Of a stretch of DNA of 24,559 bases, positions 9,033 to 18,152 are shown one piece after another. The notes beneath the pieces are model-generated. The model was given only the letters and a program-made list of their open reading frames with translations. It was not told where the DNA came from and searched no databases. The stretch comes from a virus, in UHGV virus genome UHGV-0135335; one strand, written 5' to 3'. The translations under genes and the position numbers were made by a program. Every line of letters starts with the position of its first letter. Position 1 is the first letter of the stretch.

Positions 9033-12000
9033 TGTTGCATCGTTGGCCGTTGCGCTTCACCTGAATTCGGCCAGTTTCAAATCGCAGTTTGCTGATGCGA
9101 TGCGGTCGGCTGATAGTGGGGCGCAACAGTTCAACAGAAAGGCGCAGGCGGATGCCAAAAATACCCGCCAGTCATACGAGGGAGTCAGCAAGGGGATCAC
9201 CGGTCTCGATGCTGACTTTAATAAACTTGGCCGCACGGTTGATAAGCGTCTGACCGGGCTTGATGAGATGCGCGGCCTGCTGGCCAGCATCTCTGCCGGT
9301 AGCAACGTTGCCGGCAGTTCGATAGCAAACGCGCTGGTTACGTCGCTCAGCGAAGGTATGAGCACCGCGCTATCAAACAGCGTGAATGGCCTGAAGAACC
9401 AGCGGCAGGCCCAGATTGAGTTCACCGCGGCGCAGGTTGATGCGGCGCGTGGCGTCATTGAGAACGCCAGGAGCCTTCGCGAAGAGGCCATCGCCAAACA
9501 GAATGCTGCAGTGAAGACGATCGAGGCGGCTAAAGCGGACCGCGAGCGCGCGTTCGCGCTCGATGAGTATTACGCCAAGCAGGCCCAGGTGAACAAGCAG
9601 TACGGCATAACCGTTGATTATCAGGAAGAGCACGTTAAAAACTCCCGCGTGATTAACGAAGCGAACCTGGCGGAAGCCAAGGGCAAAAATAGTCTGGCCG
9701 AAGCGACCAAAGCGGTGCTGGCGGCTGATATTGCCGAATCTGACGGTAAGCTGCAGTTGGCCACATCGACCCGAAATCTGGCAGTTGTGAGCCAGGAACT
9801 ATCGCTCGGCCAACGAGCTGCTGCGGCCAGCGCCGGGTTATTGCGTGGCGCACTGGCGATGGTCGGCGGTCCGGTCGGTCTTGCCGTGATGGCGGTTGCC
9901 GGCGCGGGTACCGCGATTTATACCGCGTTCTCGCGCAGCCAGGCGGAGATCGACGGATTCAACAAGGCGCTGCAGAAGTCCGGGCAGCAGTCCGTGATGA
10001 ACGTGATGTACCTGCAGAACCTGGTTTCCCGCCTGGGCGACACCGCCGGTGCGGTTAAGTCGGTCACTGCCGCCGTCGGCGCCGGGTTCGGCGGCGATAT
10101 TCTGGATCAGGTGGCGGGGCTTGGCACCCGTATGGAAGAAATTGGCCAGAGTTCTGATGACCTGGTTACGCTGCTTTCCAGTCTCAGCGGCGACCCGCTG
10201 AATGCGCTGCAAAAGCTGACCGATCAGGGAATTTTGCTGAACAGCAGCATGGTCGATCAGATTGTTACCCTGAGCCGCCAGGGGAAAACGACTGAGGCTA
10301 CCGCGCTGCTGCAGCAGGCGGCCATGGATGACGTTTCCGAAAAGCTCAAAATTCAGGAAAGCCAGGTGGGTGTGCTGGAAGGCGCATGGAAGTCCCTGAA
10401 AGGGTTTGTGGCTGATGCCTTTAAGACCAGGGGCGATGCGCATATGGCTACCGCCCAGGCAATGGCCGCCGGCGCCAATGTCGATCTGACGCCAACCGAA
10501 GACCCCGCCATCAAACAGCGTGAAGAGGCTGAAAAACTCTACCAGCAGCGGAAGAAAGAGCGCGAAGAGCTGACGAAGCGCCTGAAGGATGAAAACACCC
10601 TCTCCGGCCTGATGAAAGCGGGCGTCTCGCGTGAGAAAGAGCGCGCTGATGCCATTGCGCTGGTCAACGCGAACTATACGAAAGGGACGGCTGAGTACAC
10701 GCAGGCGATGGCTGGCGTGAACAAGATGTACTCCGAGCAGAAGAAAGCCCGTGAGAAAGCGTATTCCGATGATACCGCGACACGCCGTCTGCAGGACTTG
10801 CGGCAGGAAGAAGCGGTGCTGCGCACGCAGAACGACCAGACCGAGCAGCTGACGAACAGCGAGCGCAAGCTGCTGCAGTTCAATCAGGAAGTCGCCGATC
10901 TGAAAGAAAAGCGCATCCTGACCGCTGGCCAGCGCAGTCTGCTGGCGCAGGAAACGGAGCTTCGCAACCAGCTGCAGATCAACGCCAGCCTGGACCGCGC
11001 CAACGCGCAGCGGAAAATAGGCCTGCAGATGCAGGAGAAGAACCAGGAACTGTACCGCTCAACAATCCAGTTGCAGCAGGAGTACAGCAACCGTGTAGCG
11101 CAGATGACGATGAGTTCAACCGCGTATGATCAGATGGTTGCCGAACAGCAGATTCGCGAGCGATTTGCAAAACTGAGGGAAGAGCTTGATAAAACCGTAA
11201 GTGATCACGCTTCTGAACAGTATCGCCAGCAAACGGAAGTGTTACGCAGCGAAGAGCAGAAGCAGTTCGATATTGTTTTGAGCGGAGCTAAGCGAAAAAG
11301 AGAAGTGGAAGGATCTTGGCTCGATGGCATGAAGAAAGGGCTTCAGGATTGGCGTGAAGATGCTGAAAACCAGTTTGCTATGACGCGAGATATTGCAGTT
11401 AATGCTATGGACGGCATGAGCAATAGCATCTGGAATTTTGCCTCTAAAGGGAAGGCTGATTTTAAGTCATTTGCGGTTTCAGTCATCAATGATATCGGAC
11501 AGATGATCACCAAAATGCTGGTCATGAATGCGGTTAAATCAGGCGCATCTGCATTTGGCATAAGTAGCATGTTCGGCTGGGCTGATGGTGGTTATACCGG
11601 TGATGGCGGCAAGCATGACGTTGCTGGCGTGGTCCATAAAGGCGAATGGGTTATTCCTCAGAACGTCGTGCAAAAACCCGGCATGCTGAATTTCCTGAAC
11701 CAGCTGACCTATGGCAGCGGCTATGCAGACGGCGGTTTAGTTGGTGGTAGCGTTGCCCGCCCTTCCAGCAATGAAGATGCCGGCAGTGATAATCGAAACA
11801 TCCGCTTTACGGTCAACATCCCGCTGCAGGTGATTAAGCAGAGCGCCGCGGCAAACCAGCAATCAAAAGACCAGGGAAAAACCAGCGATGAGGCTCTTAG
11901 CCTCGAGGCGTTATCCCAGATAAAACAGGTCTGCTACAGCGTGCTTGACCGTGAGTTATCGAATAACGGCATGATCCTGAATGCAATCAAGGGGGCGTGA
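9022..12000 (+). CDS. Tail tape measure protein (lambda gpH-like)
   Basis: 992-aa ORF that is largely Ala/Gln/Glu-rich and coiled-coil-like, with a Gly-rich C-terminal region. Position is after G/GT. Confidence 0.9.
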   Translation: MAADVASLAVALHLNSASFKSQFADAMRSADSGAQQFNRKAQADAKNTRQSYEGVSKGITGLDADFNKLGRTVDKRLTGLDEMRGLLASISAGSNVAGSSIANALVTSLSEGMSTALSNSVNGLKNQRQAQIEFTAAQVDAARGVIENARSLREEAIAKQNAAVKTIEAAKADRERAFALDEYYAKQAQVNKQYGITVDYQEEHVKNSRVINEANLAEAKGKNSLAEATKAVLAADIAESDGKLQLATSTRNLAVVSQELSLGQRAAAASAGLLRGALAMVGGPVGLAVMAVAGAGTAIYTAFSRSQAEIDGFNKALQKSGQQSVMNVMYLQNLVSRLGDTAGAVKSVTAAVGAGFGGDILDQVAGLGTRMEEIGQSSDDLVTLLSSLSGDPLNALQKLTDQGILLNSSMVDQIVTLSRQGKTTEATALLQQAAMDDVSEKLKIQESQVGVLEGAWKSLKGFVADAFKTRGDAHMATAQAMAAGANVDLTPTEDPAIKQREEAEKLYQQRKKEREELTKRLKDENTLSGLMKAGVSREKERADAIALVNANYTKGTAEYTQAMAGVNKMYSEQKKAREKAYSDDTATRRLQDLRQEEAVLRTQNDQTEQLTNSERKLLQFNQEVADLKEKRILTAGQRSLLAQETELRNQLQINASLDRANAQRKIGLQMQEKNQELYRSTIQLQQEYSNRVAQMTMSSTAYDQMVAEQQIRERFAKLREELDKTVSDHASEQYRQQTEVLRSEEQKQFDIVLSGAKRKREVEGSWLDGMKKGLQDWREDAENQFAMTRDIAVNAMDGMSNSIWNFASKGKADFKSFAVSVINDIGQMITKMLVMNAVKSGASAFGISSMFGWADGGYTGDGGKHDVAGVVHKGEWVIPQNVVQKPGMLNFLNQLTYGSGYADGGLVGGSVARPSSNEDAGSDNRNIRFTVNIPLQVIKQSAAANQQSKDQGKTSDEALSLEALSQIKQVCYSVLDRELSNNGMILNAIKGA

Positions 12001-12002
12001 TA

Positions 12003-12350
12003 ATGGCGCTGGAAACATTTAACTGGTCGCCGAGGAATGGTCCTGTCGGGGACATTCAATTTCGTACCCGGTCAGCGCAATATGGCGATGGTTACGAGCA
12101 GGTGACTGGCGACGGCATAAACTCCGAAACACAGTCATGGCCATTGACGTTTGTCGGGCTGAATGAAGATATCAGGCCCATCCTGAAGTTCGTCAGAGAG
12201 CATGGCGAAACGCGCGCGTTTAAGTGGGTAAACCCACTGGGTGAGCTTGGGTTATATCGCGCCACCCAGATCAAACCCACTGTGATGGATTTTGCTCGTA
12301 TGTCGCTATCTGTTACGTTTGTGACGGCATTTCGCGCCGAATCATCATAG
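12003..12350 (+). CDS. Minor tail protein M (lambda gpM-like)
   Basis: ATG 12003 after GGGGG. Product motif YGDGYEQ and overall length match lambda gpM (FGDGYSQ) as recalled. Confidence 0.8.
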   Translation: MALETFNWSPRNGPVGDIQFRTRSAQYGDGYEQVTGDGINSETQSWPLTFVGLNEDIRPILKFVREHGETRAFKWVNPLGELGLYRATQIKPTVMDFARMSLSVTFVTAFRAESS

Positions 12351-12358
12351 AGGGATAT

Positions 12359-12736
12359 ATGAAAGGACTTTTTTCCGCACTTGTTATGTGTGTTGCATTA
12401 ACTGGTTGTGTCCAACCTATGACAAAAGCTGAAGTTGATCGTGCAGTTTATGAACCGTTGCCTGCAGATTACCAAGAGCAAATAAAGTCAACGATTGAGC
12501 TTAGACTGAAAGATCCTGACTCTGCAAAATATCGGTTTTTCGACCCCAAAAAAGGATATACAGAGGGTACACGGCACTTTGGATTTGTAGTTCCCGTAGG
12601 TGTTAATGCAAAAAATAGCTATGGCGGATATACGGGTTATAAATTGTATTATTTCGTTTATTACAACCAATCATTCAAAGATGTCACCGAAGGCGTAGCA
12701 TGGGATGCAGTCAAATGGTCTGATGACGTCAAATAG
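12359..12736 (+). CDS. Lipoprotein moron (hypothetical secreted lipoprotein)
   Basis: SD GAGGG then ATG 12359. Signal peptide with lipobox LTGC (MKGLFSALVMCVALTGC). Visibly AT-richer than flanking tail genes. Followed by its own terminator. Confidence 0.6.
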   Translation: MKGLFSALVMCVALTGCVQPMTKAEVDRAVYEPLPADYQEQIKSTIELRLKDPDSAKYRFFDPKKGYTEGTRHFGFVVPVGVNAKNSYGGYTGYKLYYFVYYNQSFKDVTEGVAWDAVKWSDDVK

Positions 12737-12762
12737 CCTCATCCCCCCACACCCCCACAAAC

Positions 12763-12784
12763 CCCGCTCTGCGGGGTTTTTTGT
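12763..12784 (+). terminator. Rho-independent terminator after lipoprotein moron
   Basis: CCCCGC-tct-GCGGGG stem followed by TTTTTTG. Confidence 0.8.
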
Positions 12785-12786
12785 TA

Positions 12787-12804
12787 TTGGGACCATGGTC
12801 CCAA
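12787..12804. other. Putative SopB-binding centromere-like palindrome, copy 3 (TTGGGACCATGGTCCCAA, perfect 18-bp palindrome)
   Basis: Intergenic, lying between the moron terminator and the gpL Shine-Dalgarno sequence. Confidence 0.7.
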
Positions 12805-12817
12805 TCAGGAGAAACCC

Positions 12818-13567
12818 ATGGGTATCGCAGCTGATGATCAGAAATTAGAACCCGGCAGCAAAATCGAGCTGTACGAGGTGGACGGCACCGCGTTCGGGGC
12901 CGAGGTGCTCTACTTCCACAACCATGCTATCCCGTACACCGCAGAAGAGATCCTCGCCGCCGGCGATGATGCCAGCCTGCTGCCTGGTAAACCTATCTTC
13001 TGGCAGGGCATACGCTACGATGCGTGGCCGTGCCGGATTGAGGACATGGAATCTAATGGCGACGGCTCGCCGGCTACACCGAAATTATCGGTGGCCAACC
13101 TGGACGGCTCGATCTCTTCGCTGTGCGGTATGTTCCAGGACATGAAGCAGGCCAAAGTCACGGTTCACCGTACTTACGCACATTATCTCGATGCGGAGAA
13201 CTTCCCCGACGGTAACCCCAGCGCCGACCCGACCGCTGACAGCGTGGAAGTCTGGTACATCGACAGTAAAGCAGCGGAGAACGACACGACCGTCCAGTTC
13301 AAGCTGGCCTCTCCGGTTGATGTAACCGGGCAGAAGCTACCCGCGCGCCAGATGCTAAGCCGCTGCGCCTGGTGCCTGCAGGGCCAATATCGTGGTCCTG
13401 ACTGCGGCTATACCGGAACGAACTACTTCGACAAATTCGGCAACCGGGTCGACAACCCGGCGCAGGATGAATGCCCCGGTACCGTCGCCGGCTGTAAGCT
13501 GCGCTGGGGCGAAAATTCAGAGCTGCCGTTTGGCGGTTATCCGGCCATTGCGCTGATAAGGATGTGA
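12818..13567 (+). CDS. Minor tail protein L (lambda gpL-like)
   Basis: C-terminal Cys cluster CAWCLQGQYRGPDCGY...CPGTVAGCKLR aligns with the lambda gpL Cys motif (CTWTYRGDECGY...CSKCLSGCKFR) as recalled. Confidence 0.85.
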   Translation: MGIAADDQKLEPGSKIELYEVDGTAFGAEVLYFHNHAIPYTAEEILAAGDDASLLPGKPIFWQGIRYDAWPCRIEDMESNGDGSPATPKLSVANLDGSISSLCGMFQDMKQAKVTVHRTYAHYLDAENFPDGNPSADPTADSVEVWYIDSKAAENDTTVQFKLASPVDVTGQKLPARQMLSRCAWCLQGQYRGPDCGYTGTNYFDKFGNRVDNPAQDECPGTVAGCKLRWGENSELPFGGYPAIALIRM

Positions 13568-14278
13568 ATGATGCTGAGCCAGCGATTGATTACCGCCATC
13601 CAGAAACACGCCGCGGAAGTGTACCCGCAGGAGTGCTGCGGGTTGATTATCCGCGCGACGCGGCAGCGCCGCTATATTCCCTGTGAAAACACCCACGATC
13701 AGCCCGCCGATTGTTTCCGGATCAGTGCTGAAGCCTGGGCGGATGCTGAGGACGCTGGCGAAGTGCTGGCGGTGGTGCATTCACATCCGGATGCAGGTCC
13801 GCATGCGTCTGCAGAAGACCTGAAGCAATGCCATGAAAGCGGCCTGCCGTGGGTCATCATGTCGTGGCCATCCGGAGAGCATACCGTTACCACGCCAGCC
13901 GATACACCGCCGCTGCTGAAGCGTCCTTTTATTCATGGCAGCTGGGACTGCTACGGGCTTATCCGTGACTGGTATAAGCAGGAGCGCGGTATCGATCTGC
14001 CCGACTTTGAGCGGACCGATAACTGGTGGACACGCGGCGAGAATCTCTACGTTCGGCACTATGCCGAGGCGGGGTTTTACTCGCACGCCAGCGAGCTGCA
14101 GCCGGGCGATATCATCCTGATGCAGTACAAGGCCGATGAAATTAACCATGCCGGCATTTACCTGGGGGACGGAAAGATGTTCCACCACATGTATGGCCGG
14201 CTGAGTGAAGTTGTTCCGTACGGCGGCATGTGGCGCGACCGTACGCTGTTAACGCTGAGGTATAGAGATGGGCAGTGA
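13568..14278 (+). CDS. Tail assembly protein K (lambda gpK-like; JAMM/MPN plus NlpC/P60 domains)
   Basis: JAMM motif HSHPDAGPHASAED (HxH-x7-S-xx-D). Downstream Cys (SWDCYG) and His (INHAGIY) are consistent with an NlpC/P60 fold. Confidence 0.85.
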   Translation: MMLSQRLITAIQKHAAEVYPQECCGLIIRATRQRRYIPCENTHDQPADCFRISAEAWADAEDAGEVLAVVHSHPDAGPHASAEDLKQCHESGLPWVIMSWPSGEHTVTTPADTPPLLKRPFIHGSWDCYGLIRDWYKQERGIDLPDFERTDNWWTRGENLYVRHYAEAGFYSHASELQPGDIILMQYKADEINHAGIYLGDGKMFHHMYGRLSEVVPYGGMWRDRTLLTLRYRDGQ

Positions 14279-14879
14279 ATCCCTTAATACCGTTGAGAAA
14301 GTCGTCCTGGTGCGCCTGTACGGCAAGCTGGGAATGTTATTTGGGCGCGAGCACCGGTTGTCCGTCTCATCCGTACGTGAAGCGATACGCGCGCTCTGCA
14401 TCATGATCCCCGGTTTCGAACTTTGGCTGGAAACAAGCCAGGATCGGGGGATCACGTACGCCATCTTTAACGGCGAACGCAATATCCGCGAGCAGGACCT
14501 GCAGCTGGATGGCGTACACGAAGTTATCCGCATTGCGCCGGTGATTATCGGCAGCAAGAAGAGCGGGATGTTCCAGACGGTTTTTGGTGCAGTACTTGTT
14601 GCCGTTGGGTTCGTTCTTAGCTTTACGCCGGCTATCGCCGCCTCGCCGTTTCTCTACAAAATGGGTGCCGCGATGATGCTGGGCGGCATAGCGCAGATGC
14701 TTGTTCCCGCCGGTACGCAGGGGATGACGACAGAAACGAAAGATACCCGCAAAAGCTACTCATTCGGTGCGCCGACGAACCAGGTGGCCGCGGGGAGTGG
14801 TGTTCCGATTCTTTACGGCATCCGTGAAATCGGCGGCGTACTGATTAGCGGCGGCATTTACGCCGAGGACCAGAACTAA
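14268..14879 (+). CDS. Tail assembly protein I (lambda gpI-like)
   Basis: 203-aa ORF overlapping the K stop. Hydrophobic C-terminal half with Gly-rich segments, in the expected K-I-J order. Confidence 0.75.
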   Translation: MGSESLNTVEKVVLVRLYGKLGMLFGREHRLSVSSVREAIRALCIMIPGFELWLETSQDRGITYAIFNGERNIREQDLQLDGVHEVIRIAPVIIGSKKSGMFQTVFGAVLVAVGFVLSFTPAIAASPFLYKMGAAMMLGGIAQMLVPAGTQGMTTETKDTRKSYSFGAPTNQVAAGSGVPILYGIREIGGVLISGGIYAEDQN

Positions 14880-14896
14880 AAGACCTTTATCCAATT

Positions 14897-14921
14897 ATCC
14901 CGCTTCGGCGGGATTTTTTTT
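14897..14921 (+). terminator. Terminator-like hairpin between I and J
   Basis: ATCCCGC-ttcg-GCGGGAT stem followed by TTTTTTTT. Confidence 0.6.
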
Positions 14922-14935
14922 GCCCGGAGTTAGCA

Positions 14936-17900
14936 ATGGAAATTACAGGCGCAAAAGGTGGCGGCGGCAGCGGAAGTAGCGATAAAGGCGAGAACCGCGG
15001 TACCGAGATCGCTTCAGTTGCTTACATGAAGATATTACTGGCGCTGACCGAGGGGGAAGCCGCCGGCGGATTCTCAGGCCAGGATATTTATCTCGATGGT
15101 ACGCCGCTGCTGGATGATTCCGGGAATGCAAACTTCCCAGGCGTTACCTGGGAATGGCGTAGCGGGACTGTCGACCAGCCATATATTTCCGGCTTTCCTG
15201 CTGTAGAAAATGAAGTGGCCGTTTCTACGGAGCTGAAGTACGGGACGCCGTGGGTTAAGTCGATTAACAACACGCAGCTCTCAGCCGTTCGTCTGCGCCT
15301 GAAATTCCCGAATGGCCTGTATGAACTGCGAGACTCAGGTGGGAAGAGTGGTTATACCGTTGAGTTTGCCATTGATATCTCAACTGATGGCAGTTCCTAT
15401 GTCGAATACGGGCGGGATACCGCAAGCGGTATTGCTAATAACGGCTATGAGCGTAGCTATCGAATTGAGCTGCCACCGGCGCAGACTGGCTGGCAAATTC
15501 GCGTAAGACGCCTTACACCAAACGCCAATGATGCCCGGCACGCCGATACATCCCGGATCGAATCGATAACCGATATCGTTGATGCCAAATTGCGGTATCC
15601 CCATACCTCGCTGCTGTTCGTCCAGTTCGATTCTCAGTTGTTCGATGGTCGTACGCCGACAGTAACGATAAAAATGAAGGGGATCATCGTTCGCGTTCCA
15701 TCGAACTATGACCCGATCAACCGGACGTATAGCGGTACGTGGGACGGGACGTTTAAATGGGCATGGACGAACAACCCGGCCTGGATTTTTTACGACATCG
15801 TGACGAATGCCCGGTACGGCCTTGGTCGCCGCATAACGACAAACCTCGTTGATAAATGGACGCTCTACCAGATTGCTCAGTACTGCGATGCGAAGGTTTC
15901 TGACGGCGCAGGAGGCACAGAAGCGCGTCATCTTTGTGACCTGTACATTTCACAGAGAACCGACGCCTGGACGGTCCTGATGGATTTGGCGGCGATTTTC
16001 AGGGGGATGATCAGCTGGTCGAATAATCTGCTTTCGCTTGATGCCGATATGCCGCGCGAGCTGGACCCGGACTTTGTCTTCAACAAGTCCAATATTGTCG
16101 GTTCGTTCAACTTCTCCAGCTCATCCGAGCGTACCAACTATTCTGCGGCGATAGTGACTTACAGCAACCCGAACAACGGCTACAACGATGATCAGGCCAG
16201 CGTTCACGTACCTGAAGTCTCTTCGCGATTTGGTTTCAATACGATGGAAATGACTGCCGTCGGCTGCACGCGCGAGAGTGAGGCGCAGCGCCGCGGGTTG
16301 TGGGGTATCGAGACGAACCGCGATGATAATGCGGTTGAGTTCAAAACAGGCATGGAAGGCCGTATTCCGAGGGTTGGCAAAGTGATCGGCGTGAATAACG
16401 CACCACTGGCCGGACGGGCGAACGGTGGCCGTGTAGCTGCAGCTGCAGGTACAAAAATCACGCTGGACAGAAATACCGTTGCCGTTCCCGGTAATCGCCT
16501 GATCATCAACCTGCCGACGGGAAAGGCCGAAGGACGAACGATTAAGTCAGTATCTGGCCGCGCGGTCACTGTGGAATCTGCATACAGCGTATTACCTAAC
16601 GCTGAGTCGGCGTGGGTAATTGACCAGCAGGATCTGGCCATCCAGTTATTCAGGGTTCGCCGTGTGGCCATCGGGAGTGATGACCTGGTAACAATATCCG
16701 GGTTGCCCTATAACCCGAACAAATTCGCGAAAATTGATGATGGCGCGATTGTCGAAGACCGTCCTGTGACCGTGGTCCCACCTGGTAGCCAGTCTGTACC
16801 AACGAACATTGAAATCACCAGTGAATACCGAATTGTTCAGGGGATAGGTATAAACACCCTGGTCGCGACATGGGACCCGGTGATAAACGCCATCGCCTAC
16901 GAGGTGCAATGGCGCCAGAATAGCGGCGACTGGATTAATGCAGGCAGGACAGGAAATACCCGAATTGAGGTCGACGGTATTTATGCTGGCCGTTATGTCG
17001 TCCGCGTTCGGGCCATCAACGCGATGGATGTTGCCTCGGTATGGGCAGTATCAAAGGAAGTCCAGCTGGATGGAAAAATCGGAAAGCCGCCCGTTCCTGT
17101 CAATTTGAGAACAACCCCGATGCTATGGGGTATTCGTATTGACTGGTCTATTCCCGCAGGAGCTGAGGACTCGCTCTATACGGAGCTGCAGTATGCGCAG
17201 GAACGCGACGGCAATACGGCGCTATTGCTGAGCAATATTCCATATCCGCAGTCCACATATTCACAGATGGGCCTTCGTGCAGGGCAGGAGTTCTGGTATC
17301 GGGCGCGTCTTATCGACAAGATAGGAAACCCATCGGACTGGACTGGATGGGAGCGCGGTATTTCAAACGATAACTCAGGTGATTATCTGGAGGGGATCGG
17401 TGATGGTTTCCTGACCTCAAAAGACGGTGACGCGTTGACGAGTCAGATTGACCAGAATATCGAGGGGATTCTACAAAATGCGCAGGCGAATAATGCCACC
17501 ATCGATCACCAGTGGAAGCAATATGGAGAGGTTCGCGCTGATATCCTGATTGTCAAAACGACAATTGCCGATGTTGATAAAGCGATGGCCGAGCTATCGA
17601 CGACAGTTCAGGCCCAGGTTGATGATATTACGGCCACGCTGGAAGATAAACTGACAGCGGTTGTCGATGCTGATGGCGCCTCAGCAATTCATACGCTGAA
17701 AGTCGGCGTAAGAATTGGCGACCAATATTATGGTGCGGGGATGTCCGTTGCTGTTATTGCGGATGCTGGTCAGCCAGTAATAACCAGAATTGGATTTAAC
17801 GCAAATCAGTTTGTGCTGATGAGTGGTCTGGACGATAAGCAATATTCACCGTTTGCAGTGATTAACGGTCAGGTATTTATCAGTAGCGCATTTATTCAGG

Positions 17901-18148
17901 ATGGCACAATTACCAATGCCAAAATTGGTAATTACATTCGAGGCAATGATTTTGTAAGTGGTGTTAATGGCTGGAATATTCCCAAGGATGGCACCCCTGA
18001 ATTTAATGGTGGCATTTTCCGTGGTGCTCTTTATGCATCATCCGGCGCATTCAGCTTTAACGGTGTGAATAATACTGTTGTGTTGAATGGTAATGGTGTG
18101 ACTGTAAACCTTCCAAACGGTGGCCGGATCGTTCTCGGCACATGGTAA
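14936..18148 (+). CDS. Host specificity protein J (central tail fibre / tip protein)
   Basis: 1070-aa ORF. The N-terminal 350 aa align by eye with lambda gpJ (for example VRVPSNYDP..RTYSGTWDGTFK versus lambda QVPSNYNPQTRQYSGIWDGTFK). The C-terminal region is divergent. Confidence 0.9.
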   Translation: MEITGAKGGGGSGSSDKGENRGTEIASVAYMKILLALTEGEAAGGFSGQDIYLDGTPLLDDSGNANFPGVTWEWRSGTVDQPYISGFPAVENEVAVSTELKYGTPWVKSINNTQLSAVRLRLKFPNGLYELRDSGGKSGYTVEFAIDISTDGSSYVEYGRDTASGIANNGYERSYRIELPPAQTGWQIRVRRLTPNANDARHADTSRIESITDIVDAKLRYPHTSLLFVQFDSQLFDGRTPTVTIKMKGIIVRVPSNYDPINRTYSGTWDGTFKWAWTNNPAWIFYDIVTNARYGLGRRITTNLVDKWTLYQIAQYCDAKVSDGAGGTEARHLCDLYISQRTDAWTVLMDLAAIFRGMISWSNNLLSLDADMPRELDPDFVFNKSNIVGSFNFSSSSERTNYSAAIVTYSNPNNGYNDDQASVHVPEVSSRFGFNTMEMTAVGCTRESEAQRRGLWGIETNRDDNAVEFKTGMEGRIPRVGKVIGVNNAPLAGRANGGRVAAAAGTKITLDRNTVAVPGNRLIINLPTGKAEGRTIKSVSGRAVTVESAYSVLPNAESAWVIDQQDLAIQLFRVRRVAIGSDDLVTISGLPYNPNKFAKIDDGAIVEDRPVTVVPPGSQSVPTNIEITSEYRIVQGIGINTLVATWDPVINAIAYEVQWRQNSGDWINAGRTGNTRIEVDGIYAGRYVVRVRAINAMDVASVWAVSKEVQLDGKIGKPPVPVNLRTTPMLWGIRIDWSIPAGAEDSLYTELQYAQERDGNTALLLSNIPYPQSTYSQMGLRAGQEFWYRARLIDKIGNPSDWTGWERGISNDNSGDYLEGIGDGFLTSKDGDALTSQIDQNIEGILQNAQANNATIDHQWKQYGEVRADILIVKTTIADVDKAMAELSTTVQAQVDDITATLEDKLTAVVDADGASAIHTLKVGVRIGDQYYGAGMSVAVIADAGQPVITRIGFNANQFVLMSGLDDKQYSPFAVINGQVFISSAFIQDGTITNAKIGNYIRGNDFVSGVNGWNIPKDGTPEFNGGIFRGALYASSGAFSFNGVNNTVVLNGNGVTVNLPNGGRIVLGTW
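16765..16780. other. Degenerate SopB-type palindrome (TGTGACCGTGGTCCCA, 15 of 16 match)
   Basis: One mismatch at position 3 relative to copy 2. Lies inside the J coding sequence. Confidence 0.35.
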
Positions 18149-18152
18149 TAAT

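Noticed and set aside
9838-10443. 201-aa minus-strand ORF inside the tape-measure gene
   Set aside because: Antisense to a confidently assigned gene.
15380-16671. Minus-strand ORFs of 183 and 155 aa inside gene J
   Set aside because: Antisense to J, which has clear lambda-J similarity.
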